From: an uncultured Chthoniobacterales bacterium
GTDB lineage: Bacteria > Verrucomicrobiota > Verrucomicrobiia > Chthoniobacterales > JAATET01
NCBI GenBank assembly: GCA_964247025.1
Contig: CAXTSM010000019.1
Location: 5,049-69,048, forward strand
DNA length: 64,000 nucleotides
Direction of reading: 5' to 3'
Part shown: positions 57,426 through 64,000 of the stretch, in pieces
Layout of the letters: the number at the start of each line of letters is the position of its first letter
Position numbering within the stretch: the stretch's first letter is position 1
Position numbers and translations under genes: made by a program
The notes under the pieces: model-generated
What the model was told of the DNA's origin: nothing
Databases searched by the model: none
Seen by the model: the letters and a program-made list of their open reading frames with translations, nothing else

Positions 57426-58166
57426 TCACGCGCGCTTGCGGCGGACGCCGAAGAGCACCGCGCCGAGGCCGAGACCAACGAGGGCAACCGTGCCGGGTTC
57501 CGGGACTGGGGCAATGTCCACAAATCCCTGCGAAACGGTGAATTGATCCACTCTGCCCGTTCCCGCGGTGGCGACGGTGCCACCATTGATGGACACGGCG
57601 CTGGAATCCGTAAGACGGAAATAGACCGTGGGGACGTTTTCGATGGTGGTGATTCCGCCAAGGTTAAAATAAATCGTCGAGGCGGCTTTGTAGCTCGTGG
57701 GCGCCCAGCCAATCGTTTGCGGGGGCGTCGCCGTCGTGGCCGGCACCGAGTAGGTTATGAAGTCCGTGAAGGTCGTTCCATTCGTGCTGTATTGCAGAGT
57801 GAAGCTGCTTGGGCCCGTGTTGCTGCTGGTCTGCATGAAGCCAACATTGATGTTGGTGAACCCGGTCGTGGAGACTTGAAACTGATAGTAGTCGCCGACG
57901 GCCCAGTTCGTCGAGCTGAAGGATTTCGCGGTGCCGTTCCCCGAGGGAGTGCTCCAGGCGGTCGTGGCCGCGGCGTGCGAAGCCGAGACGGTTCCCGTCC
58001 CGACGTCAGCGGAGTAGGAGCCGGAGGTCGGCGTGGGAGGAGTGCTCCCGGGAGCCGAGGTGGGCAGCGTAAGCGACTCGAAATTCCATTGCGCGATGAC
58101 TTGCGCGGAAGCCTGAGTGGCGATCGCGCCGGTGAGAATGGCGATGCAGAGGGCGGTTTTTAACAT
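57426..58166 (-). CDS. PEP-CTERM sorting-domain protein
   Basis: Signal peptide MLKTALCIAILTGAIATQASA. The C-terminus VPEPGTVALVGLGLGAVLFGVRRKRA gives PEP motif + TM + basic tail. Thr/Ser-rich, and the gene is AT-richer. Confidence 0.85.
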   Translation of the reverse strand: MLKTALCIAILTGAIATQASAQVIAQWNFESLTLPTSAPGSTPPTPTSGSYSADVGTGTVSASHAAATTAWSTPSGNGTAKSFSSTNWAVGDYYQFQVSTTGFTNINVGFMQTSSNTGPSSFTLQYSTNGTTFTDFITYSVPATTATPPQTIGWAPTSYKAASTIYFNLGGITTIENVPTVYFRLTDSSAVSINGGTVATAGTGRVDQFTVSQGFVDIAPVPEPGTVALVGLGLGAVLFGVRRKRA

Positions 58167-58315
58167 ATTGGCTAAGCTTGGTTGAGTAGAGTTGAGCAGG
58201 TTGGATGCCAACCCGTATCTGCACTTCAGTTGCGGAAGAAAAATTTGTCCATGGGCATGGCGTGACAATTTCGACAAATCTCCGCCCCTCCTCGGGTGGC
58301 GGTCCGGCGAGGTCA

Positions 58316-59314
58316 TCACACCAATTCCGCGATCTGCACGGCGTTCAGCGCCGCGCCCTTCAGGAGCTGGTCGCCGCAGACCCAGAAGGCCAGGCCGTTT
58401 TCCATCGCGCAGTCCAGCCGCAGGCGACCGACTTCGCAGTCGTCCTGGCCGGCCACCTCGAGGGGCACCGGGTATTTGCGGTCCGCGGGGACGTCCACCA
58501 CGCGCACGCCGGGAAACGCGTCGATGGCCTTGCGCGCCTCGGCGACGCTCGCCGGCCGCTCGAACTCGGCGCTGATCGCGACGGAGTGCGCCCGGTAGAC
58601 CGGCACGCGCACGCAGGTGACCGAGGCGCGGAACATCGGCAGGTGCATGATGCGCCGGCCTTCGTGCTGCATCTTCATTTCCTCCTTCGTGTAGCCGGAG
58701 TCGATGAAGGAATCGACCTGCGGGATGACGTTGAAGGCGATCTGGTGCGAAAAGACGGCCGGCTGCACCGCGACGCCTCCGGCGATGGCGTTCACCTGCC
58801 GGCGAAGCTCCTCGACGGCCTGCGCCCCCGCGCCCGAGACGGCCTGATAGCTGGACGCGAAGACGCGCTTGACGCGAAATTTCTGATGCAGCGGAAAGAG
58901 GCCCATCAGCGTGATCGCGGTCGTGCAATTCGGATTCGCGATGATGCCGGAGTGGCCCTTCACGTCCGCGCCGTTGATCTCCGGCACGACGAGGGGCACG
59001 GCGTCATCCATCCGGAAAGCGGAGGAATTGTCGATGACCACCGCGCCGGCCTTGACGGCCAGGGGAGCGAACTCCCGGGAAAGATCGCCGCCCGCGCTGA
59101 AAAGCGCGATTTCGACGCCGGCAAACGAGTCCGGCCCGAGCGCCTGCACCGGCACCTCTTCGCCGCGGAACCCGAGCGTCTTGCCGGCGGACCGCGGCGA
59201 GGCGAGCAGGGTCAGCTTGCCGACGGGAAAGTTGCGACGCGCGAGGACGTCGATCATCTCGATTCCCACCGCGCCGGTTGCCCCGACGATTGCCACGTGA
59301 TACTGCCTGCTCAT
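58316..59314 (-). CDS. asd: Aspartate-semialdehyde dehydrogenase
   Basis: VAIVGATGAVG and the active site IIANPNCTT. 332 aa from the internal ATG. Confidence 0.9.
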   Translation of the reverse strand: MSRQYHVAIVGATGAVGIEMIDVLARRNFPVGKLTLLASPRSAGKTLGFRGEEVPVQALGPDSFAGVEIALFSAGGDLSREFAPLAVKAGAVVIDNSSAFRMDDAVPLVVPEINGADVKGHSGIIANPNCTTAITLMGLFPLHQKFRVKRVFASSYQAVSGAGAQAVEELRRQVNAIAGGVAVQPAVFSHQIAFNVIPQVDSFIDSGYTKEEMKMQHEGRRIMHLPMFRASVTCVRVPVYRAHSVAISAEFERPASVAEARKAIDAFPGVRVVDVPADRKYPVPLEVAGQDDCEVGRLRLDCAMENGLAFWVCGDQLLKGAALNAVQIAELV

Positions 59315-59329
59315 AAGAAAAAGGAGTTC

Positions 59330-59812
59330 ATGAGTAGCGCAGATTCCACCGCCGGCCAACCGGCTTTTTCCCTCCGCGTGAGCGTGCCGGATCAACGGCT
59401 CGATCTTTTCGAGGGCGACCGCGTCGCGGCGAGCTACCCGGTCTCCACGTCGAAGTTCGGACTCGGCACCGAGCCGGGAAGCTACCGCACGCCGACCGGG
59501 CGCTTCGTCGTCGAGGAGATGATCGGCGAAGGCGCCGCGCCCTGGTCGGTGTTCGAATCCCGCCAACCCACCGGCGCCCTTGCCCGGCCGGGCGGCGCAG
59601 GGGACGGGATCCTGAGCCGGATCCTGTGGCTCGCCGGGCTCGATCCCCACAACGCGAACACCCGCGAGCGTTACGTCTACATCCACGGCACGAACCAGGA
59701 ATCGCTCATCGGCACGCCCGCCAGCCACGGGTGCGTGCGCATGCGCAACGCCGATATCGTCGACCTCTACGCGCGCGTGCGCCCCGGCACGCCGGTGGAA
59801 ATCGTGGCCTGA
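59330..59812 (+). CDS. L,D-transpeptidase (YkuD), paralogue 2
   Basis: AAGGAG SD 6 nt upstream. ASYPVSTSKFGLG and VYIHGTNQESLIGTPASHGCVRM. Closely parallels 43921..44451. Confidence 0.8.
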   Translation: MSSADSTAGQPAFSLRVSVPDQRLDLFEGDRVAASYPVSTSKFGLGTEPGSYRTPTGRFVVEEMIGEGAAPWSVFESRQPTGALARPGGAGDGILSRILWLAGLDPHNANTRERYVYIHGTNQESLIGTPASHGCVRMRNADIVDLYARVRPGTPVEIVA

Positions 59813-59894
59813 AGCCGCCTCGATTTTCGTTGTCTCGCGGGAACGTTGTGCGTAAATCGCGCCGCACCCAGCAAGGAAAGGAGGGGAAATTTTC

Positions 59895-60014
59895 ATGAAA
59901 TTCGTCAAACTCGCGGCCGTGGCCGCTTTTGCCGCCGCCGCACTGAGCCTGAGCGCCTGCTGCAGCAGCACGATGTCGAAACCGGCGCCGAACAGCATCG
60001 GCTACTCGAAATAG
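59895..60014 (+). CDS. Micro-lipoprotein A (39 aa; not in the ORF track)
   Basis: MKFVKLAAVAAFAAAALSLSACCSSTMSKPAPNSIGYSK. Strong SD GGAAAGGAGGGG upstream and lipobox LSLSAC. Confidence 0.55.
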   Translation: MKFVKLAAVAAFAAAALSLSACCSSTMSKPAPNSIGYSK

Positions 60015-60168
60015 GAAGCCGGCCGCCGGGCCCCGCGAGCCCCCCGTGGTCGCGGGATCGGTGAATCGCCTGATTCCAAGCCTCGGAGCGGCGAATTTCA
60101 TTGTGTCGCCGCTCCGATGTGCCTAAACCCGCCCAGCTACTCGCGAAGAAAGGAGGGGGAAATATCTA

Positions 60169-60288
60169 ATGAAATTCGTCAAATTTGCGGCCGTCGCCGC
60201 TTTTGCAGTTGCTTCGCTCAGCGTGGGCGCCTGCGCCTCGAAGCCGAAGCCCATGCCGGCTCCGATGACCATGAGCACCTCGAAGTAA
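60169..60288 (+). CDS. Micro-lipoprotein B (39 aa; not in the ORF track)
   Basis: MKFVKFAAVAAFAVASLSVGACASKPKPMPAPMTMSTSK. SD GAAAGGAGGGGG and lipobox LSVGAC. The leader is similar to that of copy A. Confidence 0.55.
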   Translation: MKFVKFAAVAAFAVASLSVGACASKPKPMPAPMTMSTSK

Positions 60289-60352
60289 TCTCCTTCATCC
60301 AGGAATTTAGGCCGGAACGATCAACGAATTCGTTCCGGTCTTTTTTGCGCCT

Positions 60353-60925
60353 TCATCCCGCGGCGACCCGCGGCTTCACGCTCACGTAGCGGCTGGCGGC
60401 GAGGGTGAACCGCCACGGCAATTCCCCCGCGGCCGAGATCCCGATCCGACCGTCGGCGACGATTTTCGGCCGCTTCACGCGAAGGACGAATCCATGCCGC
60501 GGGTCGGCGCAGAGATCCCGGCCGTGCCACTCGCCCGTGATGCCGAGCGCCTGCGTGAGCCGCCCCGGTCCGGCGCAGAGCTTGCGCGCGTCGTCCAGGC
60601 GCCGGCGCGCGGCCATCGCTTCCCTCCCCGCCGACGGCTCGAGGGCCCGGATCAGCACGAAGCCGGTCCGGCGGCCCTTCACCTGCACGTTGAGCATCCA
60701 GTGCATGCCGTAGTTCAAATAAACGTAAGCCGTGCCGGCCGGATTCTTTTCCACGAACGCGCGCGTGCTTGGCCGAAAGAACGTGTGGCAGGCCGCGTCG
60801 CCCGCCGCGTCGTAGGCCTCGGTCTCGACGATGAGCCCCGCGCAATCGCCCCAGCGCAATTCCGCGCCGATCAGGTCGCGCGCGCAGGCCAGGGGCGTCC
60901 GCTCGAAGAATTCCCGGGTGATCAT
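60353..60925 (-). CDS. mpg: DNA-3-methyladenine (methylpurine) glycosylase, Mpg/AAG family
   Basis: ARDLIGAEL...IVETEAY...D.ACH...AGTAYVYLNYGMHWMLNV is the canonical Mpg core. Confidence 0.85.
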   Translation of the reverse strand: MITREFFERTPLACARDLIGAELRWGDCAGLIVETEAYDAAGDAACHTFFRPSTRAFVEKNPAGTAYVYLNYGMHWMLNVQVKGRRTGFVLIRALEPSAGREAMAARRRLDDARKLCAGPGRLTQALGITGEWHGRDLCADPRHGFVLRVKRPKIVADGRIGISAAGELPWRFTLAASRYVSVKPRVAAG

Positions 60926-60950
60926 CGTTCCTTGTTCGCGCGCGCCCGGC

Positions 60951-61688
60951 CTAGAGGCCGGTCGGATGGTCGACGAACGTCCACGGCAGTCCGAATTTCT
61001 TCTCCAGTTCCGCGCCGAGCGCCTTCACGCCGAAGGTCTCGGTCGCGTAGTGGCCGGCGTAGATCAGGTTCACCCCGAGCTCCTCGGCCGCGGTGAACGT
61101 CCACTGCGTTCCCTCGCCGGTCAAAAACGTGTCCACCCCCGCCGCCGCCGCCCGGGTGATCTCTCCGCCCGCGCCGCCCGTCACGATGCCGAGCCGCCGC
61201 ACGCGATCCGGCCCGCCCGGCGCGCAATGAACCGGCGCCCGCACCGCGGCCTCGATCCGGTCGATCAATCGCGCCAAGGGAACGTCGACTTCCGCCCGCA
61301 CGCCGATCCCGAGGAACGGCGCCGTCCGGCGCAAGCCGAGCGCGCGGGCGAGCCCGGCGTTGTTGCCGAGCCGAGGGTGCGCGTCGAGCGGCAGGTGCGA
61401 GCCGTAGATCGCGAGTCCCGCGTCCATCGCCCGCCGAAGCTTGCGGTAGAACGGCCCCGCGACCCGCTGCGCGCCGCCCCACAAGAATCCGTGGTGCGCC
61501 ACCAGCAAGTCCGCGCCCGCGGCCGCCGCTGCGTCGATCACCGCCTCGCATGCGTCCACCGCGCAGGCCACGCGCGTGACCGCGCCGCCATTCTCGAGCT
61601 GCAGGCCGTTGTGCGCCCTCGGGTCATCCTCGATCTCCGCCGTCCGCAATTCGCCATCGAGAAACGCCACGATTTCCGCCAGCTTCAT
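60951..61688 (-). CDS. Nif3-like dinuclear metal centre protein (YbgI family)
   Basis: MKLAEIVAFLDG..., LLVAHHGFLW, and the C-terminal GHYATETFG. Confidence 0.85.
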   Translation of the reverse strand: MKLAEIVAFLDGELRTAEIEDDPRAHNGLQLENGGAVTRVACAVDACEAVIDAAAAAGADLLVAHHGFLWGGAQRVAGPFYRKLRRAMDAGLAIYGSHLPLDAHPRLGNNAGLARALGLRRTAPFLGIGVRAEVDVPLARLIDRIEAAVRAPVHCAPGGPDRVRRLGIVTGGAGGEITRAAAAGVDTFLTGEGTQWTFTAAEELGVNLIYAGHYATETFGVKALGAELEKKFGLPWTFVDHPTGL

Positions 61689-61746
61689 TCGGCGACATTC
61701 CGTTAATTCTGTAAATCCTGTCAAAGTCCTTTAACGTCGGCCGCTT

Positions 61747-62862
<1,116 letters not shown>

Positions 62863-62881
62863 GAAGACGGAAAATGAATCT

Positions 62882-62934
62882 GGAAACCAGGAAACCACGA
62901 AAATGCAGAGGCATCTGAATTTTTCCTGGTTTCC
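62882..62934. repeat. Octamer-built hairpin (GGAAACCAGGAAA / TTTCCTGGTTTCC, 13 bp perfect; left arm GGAAACCA x2)
   Basis: Read directly. Lies in the ychF / PG-binding-gene spacer. Confidence 0.8.
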
Positions 62935-62986
62935 CGATTCCAAATCCCCCGTTGCGAAGCACCCGGAAGGCGTTAACTTCCCGATC

Positions 62987-63535
62987 GTGAAACCGCTTGC
63001 CCTGTTCGCGCTGTTCCTCGCGCTCGCCGCCACCGCCCGCGCCGACACCCTCACCGCCACCGCGCAGGCGAAGCTCGCCCGGCTCGGTTATTTCGACGGG
63101 AAGGCCAACGGCTCGTGGAGCCAGGACACCGCGAACGCCGTCAGCCGTTTCCAGCGGTCCCGCGGTCTCCGCCTCACCGGCGAGCTGAATCCCGCCACGC
63201 TCAACGCCCTCGGCATCCGGACCCCGTCCGGCAAGAATGCCCCGACCCGATCAGGCCGCGTGCCCATCGATCCCGCCCGGGCCCTCGTCGATATCTTCGT
63301 CGGCGGCCCCTACCTCGACTCGCCGCCGGATTTCCAGATCCGCACGGTGGAAAAGGCGCAGAAAAACCTGAAGCTCCTCGGCTTCTACGACGGCCCCGCG
63401 ACCGGCGCCCCCGACGGCACGCTGGTGGCTTCGCTGCGCGCCTATCAAAAGGCCAACCACTTCCGCGCCACCGGCCATCTCGACGCGACTACGCTCCAGG
63501 CCCTCGGCCTTCTTTACATCGTGGCCGGCGGTTAG
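62987..63535 (+). CDS. Secreted protein with two peptidoglycan-binding (PG_binding_1) domains
   Basis: GTG start gives the signal peptide KPLALFALFLALAATARA. LARLGYFDG...VSRFQRSRGLRLTGELNPATLNAL and LKLLGFYDG...LRAYQKANHFRATGHLDATTLQAL. Confidence 0.75.
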   Translation: MKPLALFALFLALAATARADTLTATAQAKLARLGYFDGKANGSWSQDTANAVSRFQRSRGLRLTGELNPATLNALGIRTPSGKNAPTRSGRVPIDPARALVDIFVGGPYLDSPPDFQIRTVEKAQKNLKLLGFYDGPATGAPDGTLVASLRAYQKANHFRATGHLDATTLQALGLLYIVAGG

Positions 63536-63569
63536 AACGTCTTCGATCCGGGCGATCGCGTTTCTCGCG

Positions 63570-64000
63570 AGTCGAAACGCCGCCGCGTTCCTTGTCGCCG
63601 CGGCGCTCCGTCGCCGTGCGGCGTGAGGGGAAGCGCCCCCTGGCGCCCCGACGGAGCGGGGCGGCGACAAGGGTGAATTCCTGAGCGGCGCTCCCTGTAG
63701 CCACGGCGCTCCGTCGCCGTGTGGCGTGAGGGGACGCGTCCCCCGGCGCCCCGACGGAGCGGGGCGGCGACAAGGGTGAAATCCGGTGCGGCGCTCCCTG
63801 TAGCCACGGCGCTCCGTCGCCGTGCGGCGTGAGGGGACGCGCCCCCGGGGCCCCGACGGAGCGGGGCGGCGACAAGGGTGAATTCCTGAGCGGCGCTCCC
63901 TGTCGCCACGGCGCTCCGTCGCCGTGTGGCGTGAGGGGACGCGCCCCCCGGCGCCCCGACGGAGCGGGGCGGCTACAGGGTGAATTTCGGCGCGGCGTTC
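63570..64000 (-). repeat. Tandem array (at least 4 units, runs off the window) of a ~103-bp variant of the structured repeat, inverted relative to the 44.5-kb array
   Basis: Units phase at 63593, 63696, 63799 and 63901 (periods 103/103/102). Shares TGTAGCCACGGCGCT..GTCGCCGTGCGGCGT and CCCCGACGGAGCGGGGCGGC.ACA with the reverse complement of the 44.5-kb unit. Confidence 0.9.

Overview
This is a very G+C-rich 64-kb chromosomal segment with about 70 protein-coding genes on both strands. The gene content includes a PEP-CTERM-tailed protein, a delta-60-repeat protein, an MgdA-like GT2 and many signal-peptide or lipoprotein genes. That mix suggests a Verrucomicrobiota (Opitutales-like) genome, but this is inference only. 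All calls were made by eye from the ORF track and the sequence. No search or computation was run, identity counts are hand alignments, and family names come from remembered motifs.

Most of the window is housekeeping. It carries an amino-acid ABC transporter, infA, parB, ruvA, phoH/HD-hydrolase/ybeY, clpS, recO, corA, an inositol monophosphatase, ispF, cysS, uvrC, asd, a methylpurine glycosylase, Nif3 and ychF. I recognised no rRNA, tRNA, CRISPR array, transposase or integrase.

Non-routine content:
1. A family of intergenic hairpins has arms built from tandem 8-9-mers and shares an ACC(A/G)CGGA-type terminus. One member (51363-51806) encloses a GxxExxY / PD-(D/E)XK-like ORF between 30-nt inverted repeats. 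A 77-nt ORF-less relative lies at 38557-38633.
2. A structured 103-109-bp repeat occurs as two oppositely oriented tandem arrays (44.5 kb and 63.6 kb) and one solo copy (31.0 kb).
3. A visibly AT-richer 2.5-kb island carries an SPPY-type DNA methyltransferase and a translationally coupled PD-(D/E)XK protein, which looks like a Type II R-M system.
4. A roughly 12-kb co-directional string of 15 genes is centred on a fatty-acid-modification (furan/cyclopropane-type) cluster.
5. Two tandem 39-codon lipoprotein genes are missing from the ORF track.
6. A polytopic membrane domain is fused to a hotdog thioesterase.

Many very long ORFs in the track are antisense or off-frame artefacts of the high G+C content and were rejected.
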